Positions 1 to 9,248 of a DNA stretch of 64,000 bases are shown here, piece after piece (positions within the stretch are counted from its first letter, which is position 1; every line of letters starts with the position of its first letter). This DNA comes from Candidatus Aquidulcis sp. Its GTDB lineage: Bacteria > Chloroflexota > Anaerolineae > UBA4142. Location: the NCBI GenBank assembly GCA_020723345.1, contig DYJA01000003.1, positions 12,972 to 76,971 of the forward strand, given 5' to 3'. Below the pieces are notes generated by a model. It worked only from the letters and a program-made list of their open reading frames with translations, had not been told where the DNA came from and ran no database searches. Made by a program: the position numbers and the translations under genes.

Positions 1-1
1 A

Positions 2-676
2 TGGCTGGAGAAGCAAGGCGTGCTCGAACGCACGCACGGCGGCGCGATCCTCAGTCAGCATTTGAAATCGGAACCGGAATACGCCGCGCGCGCGCTCGCG
101 CACCCCGACGAAAAACGCAGCATCGGCGCGACGGCTGCCGCGCTGATCGAGGATGGCGACACGATCTTCGTCAACAGCGGCACCACGGCGACGCAAGTGA
201 TCAGCAACATTCCAAGTCGCGCCAAGGTCACCGTCGTCACGAACAACTTGACCGCCGCGCTCCAAGTCCACGAGGTCGGCTTTGAATTGATTTTGTTGGG
301 CGGTACGTTCTACCCGCGCTCGAACGCCGTCGTCGGTCATTTCGCCTCCGAAAATTTGCGCCGACTGAACGCGAACAAAACATTCATCGGCGCGGACGGC
401 ATCAGTCTCAAATTCGGTTACACCGTTCCCAGCAATCCCGAAGCGGAACTGGTGCGCCTGATGATCGAACGCACGCACGGCGCGGTCATCGTCGTCGCCG
501 ATCACAGCAAATGGGGCGTCGTGTCCAACTTCGAAGTAGCCAAGATCGACGAAGTGCAGATGCTCGTGACCGACGCGCAACTCAGTAAAATCGCGCGCGC
601 CGAACTCGAAGCGCGCAACGTCCGAATTATCGTCGCCGGAGCGGAAACGCGCAAGCGCCGCGCGCGGAGAGATTAA
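2..676 (+). CDS. DeoR-family transcriptional regulator, C-terminal effector-binding part (5' end lies outside the window)
   Basis: The frame is open to the window edge. 'LEKQGVLERTHGGA...IFVNSGTTA...TNN...FIGADGIS' matches the DeoR/GlpR C-terminal sugar-phosphate-binding domain. Confidence 0.8.
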   Translation, partial: WLEKQGVLERTHGGAILSQHLKSEPEYAARALAHPDEKRSIGATAAALIEDGDTIFVNSGTTATQVISNIPSRAKVTVVTNNLTAALQVHEVGFELILLGGTFYPRSNAVVGHFASENLRRLNANKTFIGADGISLKFGYTVPSNPEAELVRLMIERTHGAVIVVADHSKWGVVSNFEVAKIDEVQMLVTDAQLSKIARAELEARNVRIIVAGAETRKRRARRD

Positions 677-685
677 GGAGACCCA

Positions 686-2134
686 ATGCCGAAAAGTACG
701 GAAAGCACCTGGATCACAGTTTTGTCGGACGCCGAAATCGAAAAGATCAACGCGCAATCGCTCGCGCTCTTGGAAAAGACCGGTATCTTTGTGGATCACG
801 AAGGCGGACTGAAACTCCTTGCGCGCGCCGGAGCGAAAGTGGATTCTCAAACCAAGCGCGCGCGGATTCCCCGCAAACTCGTCGCGCAGTGCTTGAAAAC
901 CGTCCCCGATCATTTCACACTTGCCGCGCGCGATCCGCAAAAGGATTGTCCGCTCAAACGCGGCGGCAGACCGTACGCGCGCAACGGCGGCGGCGCGGAC
1001 TTTACGCTCGATCTGGACACCGGCGAATTTCGTCCGCTGATGCTCGCCGATCTGCGCGGCTATTACAAATTGATGGACGGACTCGACGGCATTGATTTTA
1101 TCGCGCCGGTGTTTGGTCAAGATATGCCGGTGGCGGGGCGCGATATTATGATGCTGCGCGAAGCGTTCGCCAACACGAGCAAGCACATTCACATGCGGAC
1201 GTTCAGCGGCGCGACGTTCAAGGTCATGTGCGAAATGGCGGCGATTGTCGCGGGCGGAAAAAAAGCGTTGAAGAAACGACCGCTCGTCAGTTTGCTCGAA
1301 GCGCCGGTCAGCCCGCTGAAATTTTTGGACGTGACGGTGGACGCGTTGTTTCTCTGCGGCGAGTACGGCATTCCGCTCGACGTGTGCGTGATGCCGATTG
1401 CCGGAGGCACCGGTCCGGTCACGATGGCAGGCAACGTGCAGTTGCTCAACACCGAATTTCTCGGCGGCGTTGTCATTTCGCAATTAGCGCATCCCGGCGC
1501 GCCGCTGCAATACGCGCCGCGCCCGATGGCGATGGACATGCGGACCGGCTTTAGTCTCGCCGGCGCGATTGAACTGGGAATGATGGCAGTCGCCGGCGCG
1601 CAGATGGCGCATTTCTACGATGTCCCCGTCAGTCTGCACGGTCCCTGGACGGATGCGATGCTGCACGACGGGCAGTCCACCTTCGAACGCACGTACATGA
1701 ATTTGATGGCGGCGTACGCCGGAGCGAACGTGCTCGTCGGCGCGGGCATGATGCAGCAAAGTTTGGTGACGAGTCACGAGCAACTCGTGATCGACAGCGA
1801 GATCAACAAGACGGTGATCCGCGCGCTGCAGGGTTTTTCCGCCGACGCCGGTCACCTGGCAATGCCCGCGATCGCGCGCGTGGGACCCGGCGGTAATTTC
1901 GTGCAAGACCCGCACACGCTCAAATATTTGCGCGGCGAACGTTATCGTCCCAGCCCATTGATCTTTCGCGATTCGCGCGACGCGTGGATGGCAAGCGGCG
2001 GCAAGACGTTCGAACAACGCGCGAACGACATCGCGCGCACGATCTTGAAAGAGCATCAAGTCACGCCGCTGCCGGACGACATCAGCAAGGCGCTCGATGA
2101 TCTCGTCGGCGACGCGATGAAATCGCTCAAGTAG
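686..2134 (+). CDS. MttB-superfamily (trimethylamine methyltransferase-like) corrinoid-dependent methyltransferase, non-pyrrolysine type
   Basis: 482 aa. The N-terminus 'VLSDAEIEKINAQSLALLEKTGIFVDHEGGLKLLARAGAKVD' is typical of COG5598/MttB. There is no in-frame TAG. Confidence 0.85.
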   Translation: MPKSTESTWITVLSDAEIEKINAQSLALLEKTGIFVDHEGGLKLLARAGAKVDSQTKRARIPRKLVAQCLKTVPDHFTLAARDPQKDCPLKRGGRPYARNGGGADFTLDLDTGEFRPLMLADLRGYYKLMDGLDGIDFIAPVFGQDMPVAGRDIMMLREAFANTSKHIHMRTFSGATFKVMCEMAAIVAGGKKALKKRPLVSLLEAPVSPLKFLDVTVDALFLCGEYGIPLDVCVMPIAGGTGPVTMAGNVQLLNTEFLGGVVISQLAHPGAPLQYAPRPMAMDMRTGFSLAGAIELGMMAVAGAQMAHFYDVPVSLHGPWTDAMLHDGQSTFERTYMNLMAAYAGANVLVGAGMMQQSLVTSHEQLVIDSEINKTVIRALQGFSADAGHLAMPAIARVGPGGNFVQDPHTLKYLRGERYRPSPLIFRDSRDAWMASGGKTFEQRANDIARTILKEHQVTPLPDDISKALDDLVGDAMKSLK

Positions 2135-2163
2135 CAGGCAATTTACTTGTCATGGGGAGACCT

Positions 2164-2253
2164 GTTCGTAGTTAGCGACGGAGCGAAGTTTGCGGAGTCG
2201 CGTCAGGCGGCGGACGGCACTCCGCAAACATCGCTGCGTGCCTGACTACGAAC
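2164..2253. repeat. Nested-palindrome intergenic element
   Basis: GTTCGTAGT (2164) pairs with ACTACGAAC (2245). GTTTGCGGAGT (2188) pairs with ACTCCGCAAAC (2219). Confidence 0.7.
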
Positions 2254-2303
2254 TTGACGCACCTCGAAATGACAACTCAAAGCAAAACAGAGGCATAGAA
2301 ATC

Positions 2304-2951
2304 ATGTCAACCCTACTCGAACAAATGAAAAAAGATTTGTACGACGGCAAGGCAGATAAAGTGAAAGCGGCGACGAAGAAAGCGCTCGCCGATGGAATGA
2401 CGCCGCAAGATATTCTCAACAATGGCTTGATCGCGGGCATGGACGTCGTGGGCAAAGATTTCAAAGCCGGCGATCTGTTCATCCCCGAAGTATTGTTGTC
2501 TGCCAAAGCAATGCACGCCGGACTCGAAGTGCTGCGCCCGCTTCTCGCCGGAACGCGCGGCGCGACGATGGGCAAAATCGTGATCGGCACCGTGCAAGGC
2601 GACATGCACGACATCGGCAAAAACTTGGTGAGCATGATGCTCGAAGGCGCGGGCTTTGAAATCACCGACCTGGGGATTGACACGTCGCCGACAAAGTTCG
2701 TACAAGCAGTGCGCGCACAGAACGCGCAAATCGTCGGAATGGCGGCGATGCTGACGACGACGATGCCCGTGATGAAAACGGTCATCGAAGAACTGACGAA
2801 AGCCGGATTGCGCGAGCAGGTCAAAGTACTCATCGGCGGCGCGCCGGTCACTGCGGCGTTTGCGAAACAAATCGGCGCGGACGCCTACGCGCCCGACGCG
2901 GCATCTGCCGTCGAGGTCGCGCGTCAACTGGCAGCGCGGGTAGAAACTTAG
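2304..2951 (+). CDS. Cobalamin-binding corrinoid protein (methyltransferase cognate)
   Basis: B12-binding DxHxxG motif 'GDMHDIGKN', with a helical cap domain ahead of a Rossmann-like domain. The ATG at 2304 was chosen because the upstream part of the ORF lies in a palindromic repeat. Confidence 0.9.
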   Translation: MSTLLEQMKKDLYDGKADKVKAATKKALADGMTPQDILNNGLIAGMDVVGKDFKAGDLFIPEVLLSAKAMHAGLEVLRPLLAGTRGATMGKIVIGTVQGDMHDIGKNLVSMMLEGAGFEITDLGIDTSPTKFVQAVRAQNAQIVGMAAMLTTTMPVMKTVIEELTKAGLREQVKVLIGGAPVTAAFAKQIGADAYAPDAASAVEVARQLAARVET

Positions 2952-3016
2952 GACAGAGATAAACACTGACGAACACTGATTTTCTTATCTGTGTTTATCT
3001 GCGTTCATCTGTGTCC
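2951..3016. repeat. Dispersed GGACACAGAT-type hairpin repeat, copy 1 of 3
   Basis: GGACAGAGATAAACACTGA...ATCTGTGTTTATCTGCGTTCATCTGTGTCC. Related copies at 19561-19616 and 48485-48550. Confidence 0.75.
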
Positions 3017-3058
3017 AATTATCCGATCAGGAGATGACAAATTCTTTGCGGAGGACAA

Positions 3059-3940
3059 ATGCCCTCTCTTCCACCATTCGATCAGCCGGGCAATTGGTAT
3101 AAAGGAAATCTGCACACGCACACCACGCAATCGGACGGCAAGCCGACGCCCGCCGAAAGTATGCAGTGGCACGCCGAGCACGGTTATCATTTTCTCGCGA
3201 TCACTGATCACAATCGGCTGACGAATCCATTCGACTTTCTGGCAAAGCCGCCGCTCCTCGCGATTCCCAGTCTCGAATATTCGACGCGGCGCGGCATGGT
3301 CGAATATCACGTCATCGCGTTGGACTTGAACACAATGCCGATCGCGCCCGCGCGCGATCCGCAAGACACGATCGACGCGGTGAACGCGGTCGGCGGCACG
3401 TGCTTTATCGCGCATCCGTACTGGCACGATCACACGCTCGACGATTTGATCATGTTGAGAGGTCACATCGGCATCGAGATTTTCAACACGGGCTGCTGGG
3501 TCGAGATCAACAAGGGGCACTCGCTCGTGCATTGGGATTTGTTATTGCGGCGCGGACAGACGCTGTGGGGACTCGCGACCGACGATTCGCACTTTCGCTA
3601 TCCCGATCACGGACGTGGCTGGGTGAACGTGCGCGCCGAGAAACTCGACCAGCCCTCGATCATCAACGCGCTGCGCGCCGGACAATTTTACGCGACGATG
3701 GGTCCCGAAATCTACGATGTGCAGTTGGAAGGACGCCAGGTCACCGTGCGCTGTTCGCCTGCGCGTTCGATCTTTCTGATCGGCGACATCTGGCACTGCC
3801 CAAACGCCGCGCAATCCTGGGATGGCAAACCGCTCACCGAGGCGACGTTCACCTTGCATCAGGGTCAACGCTACATCCGCGTCGAAGTCGTAGACATGGA
3901 CTATCAGTCGGCGTGGACGAATCCGTACTTCCTTCCGTGA
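3059..3940 (+). CDS. PHP-domain metal-dependent phosphoesterase (CehA/McbA-like)
   Basis: 'GNLHTHTTQSDGKPTP...HGYHFLAITDHN' is the PHP His/Asp signature. 293 aa. Confidence 0.8.
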   Translation: MPSLPPFDQPGNWYKGNLHTHTTQSDGKPTPAESMQWHAEHGYHFLAITDHNRLTNPFDFLAKPPLLAIPSLEYSTRRGMVEYHVIALDLNTMPIAPARDPQDTIDAVNAVGGTCFIAHPYWHDHTLDDLIMLRGHIGIEIFNTGCWVEINKGHSLVHWDLLLRRGQTLWGLATDDSHFRYPDHGRGWVNVRAEKLDQPSIINALRAGQFYATMGPEIYDVQLEGRQVTVRCSPARSIFLIGDIWHCPNAAQSWDGKPLTEATFTLHQGQRYIRVEVVDMDYQSAWTNPYFLP

Positions 3941-4884
3941 AAGAAATTTGCTCGAAGGCGGTTCACGTCGTCTGCTTTGGAATGATTACGCCGGTCGCGA
4001 TCCTGGTCGTTGATCAAATGCCCACGCACAACACCGGCGCGCTCATCAAAGACATGAGCGAATTTATCTTTGATGATGCCGCCATCGTCGCGTGCCTGCT
4101 CCGGCGATGGAACGTGCGGAGCGGACTGATCGGCACGACGTTGGGCGACGACGCGCGCGGGCGCAGCGTGGCGCGGCAACTCAAAGCGCTCGGCGTCGCG
4201 GGCAAAGTGCGGCTCTCGAAGAAAATCAAGACGCCACTTGAAGTAGACATTTCGGATCGCACTGGCGCACGCACGTACTTTTGGCAGCGCGAGCCGCGCG
4301 TGCTGGACACACTCGATACCGCCGACCTGTCGCTGCTGCGCGGCGCGCGCATGTTGTACGTGGACTGGTACGACGGCGACCATATCTTGCGCGCGATGGA
4401 CGCGGCAATCGCGCAGAACGTGCCGGTATTCTTGAACTTGGAACACAGCCATCGCGATCCGGACATTCTCGCGCGCTATGTTTCACGCTGCACGATCTGT
4501 CAAGCCAGCACGGATGCCGCGCAAAAACACAACCGCGACGCGCGCGCTATCGCGCGGAAGATCTTGGACGCAGGCGCGCAAACCGCGCTCATCACGCTCG
4601 CCGGAAAGGGTTGTTGGGCAGTGAATCGCAGAGAGACCTGGCGCGTGCATGCGCCGCGCGTCCAAGTTGTAGATGGCTGCGGCGCAGGCGCGACGTTTTC
4701 GACCGGCTTTATCTACGCGACGCTGCGCGGCTGGGATTTGGAACACGCGGCGCGCTTTGCGACGGCGGCAGCATCGCTCAAAGTCGCGCAGGTAGGATTG
4801 GAAATCGCGTCAGTCGCGCAAGCCAGACGTTTGGCGGCAAGACTCCAAGCAGAATGTGGGACAACCTTGCGAAGGTTGACTTGA
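3937..4884 (+). CDS. PfkB-family carbohydrate/nucleoside kinase
   Basis: 'VVDGCGAGATFSTGFIYA' is the PfkB C-terminal ATP/anion-hole motif. The GTG start overlaps the upstream stop (GTGA). The first ~180 codons of the track ORF overlap the PHP gene and were discarded. Confidence 0.75.
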   Translation: MKEICSKAVHVVCFGMITPVAILVVDQMPTHNTGALIKDMSEFIFDDAAIVACLLRRWNVRSGLIGTTLGDDARGRSVARQLKALGVAGKVRLSKKIKTPLEVDISDRTGARTYFWQREPRVLDTLDTADLSLLRGARMLYVDWYDGDHILRAMDAAIAQNVPVFLNLEHSHRDPDILARYVSRCTICQASTDAAQKHNRDARAIARKILDAGAQTALITLAGKGCWAVNRRETWRVHAPRVQVVDGCGAGATFSTGFIYATLRGWDLEHAARFATAAASLKVAQVGLEIASVAQARRLAARLQAECGTTLRRLT

Positions 4885-4944
4885 CGACGAACTTGGATTT
4901 GAGCTCAACCTTCGCAAGGGTTGGAGAGTACTGAAGGCGCGGAA

Positions 4945-5067
4945 AGCATCCTGAGCGGAGCAACGTTTTTTGTTGCGGAGTCGAAGGATGCGTCAAGGGC
5001 AAGGCGTCTTCCAATTCGCCGCATCCTTCGACTCCATTCCGCTTCGCTCCATTCCGCTCAAGATGCT
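4945..5067. repeat. Nested-palindrome element (CCTTCGAC / GCATCCTGAGCG family)
   Basis: GGAGTCGAAGGATG (4977-4990) is the exact complement of CATCCTTCGACTCC (5022-5035). The outer arms are GCATCCTGAGCGGAGC and GCTCC..CCGCTCAAGATGC. Confidence 0.7.
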
Positions 5068-5098
5068 AACTCGGCACACATTGGGAAACCATGAACAG

Positions 5099-6571
5099 AT
5101 GACTCACTTTGAACTCCTCACAGCAGAACAAGTCAACGAAATCCACGCCGCGTCGCTCGAAATACTTGAGAACGTCGGTTTGCTGGTGCGGAACGAAAAC
5201 GCACGCGCGCTTTTCGCGCGGCACGGTTGCCGCGTCGACAACGCAACAAACATCGTCAAGTTTCCGCGTGCCGTCGTCGAACAATATCGCGCGGCATTTC
5301 CGCCGACGTTCACTTTTCACGGACGCGATCCAAAATATGATCGCACCATCCCACGCGATCGACCGGTGATCGTCACCGGCAGTTCCGCGCCGGATTTGGT
5401 CGATCCGGTGACCGGGCAAGTGCGCCGCGCGTACTCGGACGACATCGCGCGCATCGCGCATCTCATCAACGCGTTGCCGGGTTACGACGTGTTTTCCATT
5501 TCCACGCTCGCCGAAGACGCGCCGCCCGGTTACCACACGATCGCGCGGCTGTACCCGTCGGTGAAGAATTGTGTCAAGCCGGTACGCTGCAACGCGTTGA
5601 ACGCCGACGACGCGGAAAAAATTCTGCGACTCGGCGCGCTCGTCGCCGGAAGCGAAACCGCGTATCGCGCGCGTCCGTTCATCACGGGACATTTTTGCCC
5701 GGTCGTTTCGCCGCTCACGATGGACGTTGACTCGACCGAGATGCTGATCTATTTCACCGCGCGGCAACTGCCTAATTACGCGACGATCGTGCCAAACGGC
5801 GGAATGTCGTCGCCGCTGACGCTGCTGGGAACGCTCGCGCAAGGCAACGCGGAATTTCTCGCGTGGGCAACGTTGGCGCAAATGGCGCATCCCGAAACGC
5901 CGCTGATCTACAGTTCGCTCTCGACGCTCGCGGATATGCGGCGCGGCAACTATGCGCCCGGCGCGATCGAAACGGGGATGTTGCACATCGCGCACGCGCA
6001 AATGGCGCGGTTTTACAACGTGCCCTCCGGCGGTTACATCGGCTTGACAAATTCCAAACTGAACGACGCGCAAGCCGGGTACGAGTGCGGCATGTCGGTC
6101 GTCGCGGGGTTGCTTGGCGGCGCGGATATGTTCAACCTGGGTGGCTTGCTCGACGCGCTGACGACGTTTGACTTTGGCAAAGCGGTGACTGACAACGAAA
6201 TCGCGTTGATGCTGAAACGATTGCAGCGCGGTTTCGAATTCAGCCGCGAAAACATGTCGCTCGATCTGATCGCCGAAGCAAAGCCGGGCGGAACGTTCAT
6301 GGACAAGCCGCAGACGCTCGATTTGATGAAGACCGCGCTCTTCTTGCCGGACATCGCGGATCGTAACGTGCGCGACCGCTGGCAGAAACAAGGCGCGCTG
6401 GACGCGCAAGCGCGCGCGCTGAAACGCGTGCGTGAGATTTTGGCGCGCGATAACCCGGCGGTCTTTTCGCCGGAGGTAGACGCGCGCGTGCGCGCCGCGT
6501 TCGCCGGATTGGTCAAAGGGGATTCCGTGCCGCTGAACAGTCAACAGTCAACAGTCAACAGTCAACGGTAA
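5099..6571 (+). CDS. Second MttB-superfamily methyltransferase, non-pyrrolysine type
   Basis: 'FELLTAEQVNEIHAASLEILENVGLLVRNENARALFARHGCRVD'. No in-frame TAG. The C-terminal 'LNSQQSTVNSQR' is encoded by (CAGTCAA)n heptamers. Confidence 0.85.
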   Translation: MTHFELLTAEQVNEIHAASLEILENVGLLVRNENARALFARHGCRVDNATNIVKFPRAVVEQYRAAFPPTFTFHGRDPKYDRTIPRDRPVIVTGSSAPDLVDPVTGQVRRAYSDDIARIAHLINALPGYDVFSISTLAEDAPPGYHTIARLYPSVKNCVKPVRCNALNADDAEKILRLGALVAGSETAYRARPFITGHFCPVVSPLTMDVDSTEMLIYFTARQLPNYATIVPNGGMSSPLTLLGTLAQGNAEFLAWATLAQMAHPETPLIYSSLSTLADMRRGNYAPGAIETGMLHIAHAQMARFYNVPSGGYIGLTNSKLNDAQAGYECGMSVVAGLLGGADMFNLGGLLDALTTFDFGKAVTDNEIALMLKRLQRGFEFSRENMSLDLIAEAKPGGTFMDKPQTLDLMKTALFLPDIADRNVRDRWQKQGALDAQARALKRVREILARDNPAVFSPEVDARVRAAFAGLVKGDSVPLNSQQSTVNSQR

Positions 6572-6610
6572 TCTGTTCACTGTTTACCATTCACTGTTCA
6601 CTGTTCACTG
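6537..6610. repeat. Heptamer-repeat hairpin: (CAGTCAA)4 then (TTCACTG)n
   Basis: Read directly. The left arm supplies the last codons and the stop of the MttB-2 gene. Confidence 0.85.
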
Positions 6611-6952
6611 ATTTGACAGTATCCCAAGAGTAGTGCTACACTAGTGCAGAGCAAGTGATTCGTGATGTCGGAGGGGCGTCATGAACGGTGCGTTTGAGAT
6701 TCGATGTGGAATCAATAAAGCACGAATCGCCACGTATTCTATGATGCGCGTTATTTCTCCGCGTGTCTATTCCGGCTCGCCCGTGATTGACAATCGGGTT
6801 GTCTCTTAAGATTAGGCAGACCATTCGTTTTGGGCTGCCTATTTTCTTTTGCGTCAGCCAGACTTGGAGAGGAGGTGAGGCAATCCGGGAAATCTCTCAT
6901 CGCATTTGACCATCTACCGATTCAATTCACATTCATTCAAAGGAGGAGAAGG

Positions 6953-8203
6953 ATGAACGTCAAACGCGTTACCTGGCTCATGTTGTTCGTGATCTTAGCG
7001 GCGGTCGTCGTGGCGTGCGCGCCAGCGCCCACCGCCACGCCAGTCCCACCGACGGCTGCACCCAAGCCGACAGCTGTGCCACCGACAGCTGCGCCGAAGC
7101 CGACCGAAGCGCCCAAACCGACTACTGCACCGACGGAAGCGCCCAAGCCGACAACCGCCGCAGATCCCAGCGCGGCAGTGATGGCAAAGTTGTACGAAGA
7201 AGCGAAGAAGGAAGCCGCGCTCTCCACGATCGCGCTGCCGGACGACTGGCTGAACTACGGGGAAATGAAAAAGACCTTCCTCGCGAAATTCGCCGGCATC
7301 AAGCACAACGATCTCGATCCTCAAGCCGGTTCGACGGATGAAATCAACGCCGTCAAAGCCAACAAAGACAATAAGGGTCCGCAAGCGCCTGACACCTTGG
7401 ACGTTGGCTTTGCGTACGGCACCCAGTTGAAGGACGAGAAACTGTGCATGAACTACAAGGTCGCGGTCTGGGACACGATTCCGAATGAATTGAAAGATCC
7501 AGAAGGTTGCTGGTATGGCGAGTATTACGGCGTCTTCTCGTTCGCGGTGAACAAAGCCGTCATCAAGAATCCGCCGCAGGATTGGATGGACTTGCTCAAA
7601 CCCGAGTACAAGAACAGCATCGCGATCGCGGGCGACCCACTCTCGTCGAACCAGGCGCAGCAAGCCGTGTATGCCGCCGCGCTCGCGAACAAGGGATCGT
7701 TGGATAACGTCGCGCCAGGGCTGGATTTCTTCAAGCAACTCGCGACCTCCGGCAACCTCGTGCCGGTCATCGGCGACCAATCGAAACTCGCCAAGGGCGA
7801 AACGCCGATTCTGATCACGTGGGATTATCTCGCGCTCGGGTACAAAGACGTCCTCAAGGGGAATCCGGAACTTGAAATCGTCGTGCCCAAGTCGTTGGTG
7901 TTCGGTGGTGTGTACATCGCCGCGATCAGCGCGTATTCACCGCGTCCCAACGCCGCGAAACTGTGGATGGAGTACCTCTACTCCGATGAGGGTCAGTTGA
8001 TCTGGCTCAAAGGGTACGGTCACCCTGTTCGCTACAACGACATGGCGAAGCGCAATGTGATCCCGGCGGACCTCGCCAAGAAACTGCCGCCCGCGGAATT
8101 GTACGCCAAAGCCATCTTCCCCAGCATCACGCAACTCTCGGCGGCTCGCAAGTACGTGGCGGACAACTGGGAAAAAGTCGTCGGCACCAAGATCGCAAAG
8201 TAA
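6953..8203 (+). CDS. ABC transporter substrate-binding lipoprotein (PotD/Fe3+-type SBP family) with a Pro/Thr/Ala-rich tether
   Basis: RBS AGGAGGAG upstream. Signal peptide plus lipobox 'AAVVVAC'. Repeated 'PPTAAPKPT' linker. SBP-like body. Confidence 0.85.
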   Translation: MNVKRVTWLMLFVILAAVVVACAPAPTATPVPPTAAPKPTAVPPTAAPKPTEAPKPTTAPTEAPKPTTAADPSAAVMAKLYEEAKKEAALSTIALPDDWLNYGEMKKTFLAKFAGIKHNDLDPQAGSTDEINAVKANKDNKGPQAPDTLDVGFAYGTQLKDEKLCMNYKVAVWDTIPNELKDPEGCWYGEYYGVFSFAVNKAVIKNPPQDWMDLLKPEYKNSIAIAGDPLSSNQAQQAVYAAALANKGSLDNVAPGLDFFKQLATSGNLVPVIGDQSKLAKGETPILITWDYLALGYKDVLKGNPELEIVVPKSLVFGGVYIAAISAYSPRPNAAKLWMEYLYSDEGQLIWLKGYGHPVRYNDMAKRNVIPADLAKKLPPAELYAKAIFPSITQLSAARKYVADNWEKVVGTKIAK

Positions 8204-8212
8204 CAATTCGTA

Positions 8213-8245
8213 AGACCTGTGAGGTCTCGGAGACCTCACAGGTCT
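8213..8245. repeat. 33-nt perfect palindrome between the SBP and permease genes
   Basis: AGACCTGTGAGGTCTC G GAGACCTCACAGGTCT. Confidence 0.8.
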
Positions 8246-8258
8246 CTCACAGGTAACC

Positions 8259-9248
8259 ATGCAAACTGCCCAAACTCTTTCGTCCAGATCCGCGCCGCCG
8301 TCGCGCAAACGCAATGTGTCTTTCGCGTGGCTCGGCGTCGTGCCGTTCTTCTTGTTTGCCGCCCTCTTTTTGATTCTTCCCTCCGGCATTCTGCTCGTCG
8401 GCGCAGTGCAAGACAAACAGGGGAACTTCACCTTGGCAAATTTCGCCGGGATGTTCAAGGGCGTGTCGCTTGGGCTCGTGGCAGCGCCCTCGCAAGCGAA
8501 CTTGTTGGGGTTGACCTTTCCGCTGCCCTTCACGGTTGACTTTCAATCGAATTCGATGATCAATGCGTACATCCTCAGCATCCAGGTCAGCGTCGTGACC
8601 GCGTTCTTGGGCGGCGTCATCGGTTTTCTGCTGGCGTATGCCGCCGTCCTTGGCGGTCTGCCGAAATTCGTTCGTTCCGCGCTGCTCACGTTCTCCGGCG
8701 TTGCGTCGTACTTTTCCGGTGTGCCGCTCGCGTTTGCCTTCATCGCCACGCTCGGTCGCCTAGGATTTGTGACCGTGCTTATTCGAAACATTTTTGGATT
8801 CGATCTCTACATGACCGGCTTTTCGGTGCTGAGTTTACTGGGCTTGGTCTTGACGTACACCTATTTTCAATTTCCGCTGATGGTGCTCGTCATCACGCCC
8901 GCGCTCGATGGATTAAAGCGCGAGTGGCGCGAAGCCTCGGAGAACCTGGGCGCGAGCGCGTTCGAGTATTGGCGTCACGTTGCGTTTCCGATCATCCTGC
9001 CGTCGCTGCTCGGCACGATGATTTTGCTTTTCGGCAATTCCTTCGGCGCGGTGGCGACGGCGTACGCGCTCACCGGCGGTAACTTTCAACTCGCGACCAT
9101 CCTCATCTTCCGGCAAATTCGCGGCGAAGTGTTGCAAGATCCCGGACTCGGCTACGCCGTGGCGGTCGGCATGATCGTGGTGATGGCGCTGTCGCTCGGG
9201 CTGTACTATTGGCTCCAGCGCAGAAGCGAACGGTGGTTACGACGATGA
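8259..9248 (+). CDS. ABC transporter permease
   Basis: Multi-TM protein. The region 'LKREWREASENLGASAFEYWRHVAFP' is an EAA-loop-like motif. Confidence 0.85.
   Translation: MQTAQTLSSRSAPPSRKRNVSFAWLGVVPFFLFAALFLILPSGILLVGAVQDKQGNFTLANFAGMFKGVSLGLVAAPSQANLLGLTFPLPFTVDFQSNSMINAYILSIQVSVVTAFLGGVIGFLLAYAAVLGGLPKFVRSALLTFSGVASYFSGVPLAFAFIATLGRLGFVTVLIRNIFGFDLYMTGFSVLSLLGLVLTYTYFQFPLMVLVITPALDGLKREWREASENLGASAFEYWRHVAFPIILPSLLGTMILLFGNSFGAVATAYALTGGNFQLATILIFRQIRGEVLQDPGLGYAVAVGMIVVMALSLGLYYWLQRRSERWLRR

Noticed and set aside
3400-3936. N-terminal 180 codons of the 494-aa track ORF (3400-4884)
   Set aside because: This part overlaps the PHP-domain gene out of frame and translates to Arg-rich nonsense. 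The PfkB homology begins at the GTG at 3937.
5066-6544. 492-aa minus-strand ORF antisense to the second MttB gene. Similar long antisense or out-of-frame ORFs occur at 10089-11186(-), 12910-14079(-), 21324-22565(-), 28655-30085(-), 30331-31779(-), 48483-49472(+), 57914-58636(+) and 62696-63913(+).
   Set aside because: Their Arg/Ala/Pro/Gly-rich low-complexity translations are typical of shadow ORFs in high-GC DNA. Each overlaps a gene with clear family motifs on the other strand or in another frame.
686-6571. Possibility that the MttB homologs are pyrrolysine enzymes
   Set aside because: Both ORFs are uninterrupted with no in-frame TAG. No pylBCDS/T genes are seen in the window.
7015-7160. 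Tandem repeat in the SBP gene as a possible contingency locus
   Set aside because: It encodes a Pro/Thr/Ala-rich lipoprotein tether ('PPTAAPKPT' units). This is an ordinary low-complexity linker and not a frame-shifting simple repeat.
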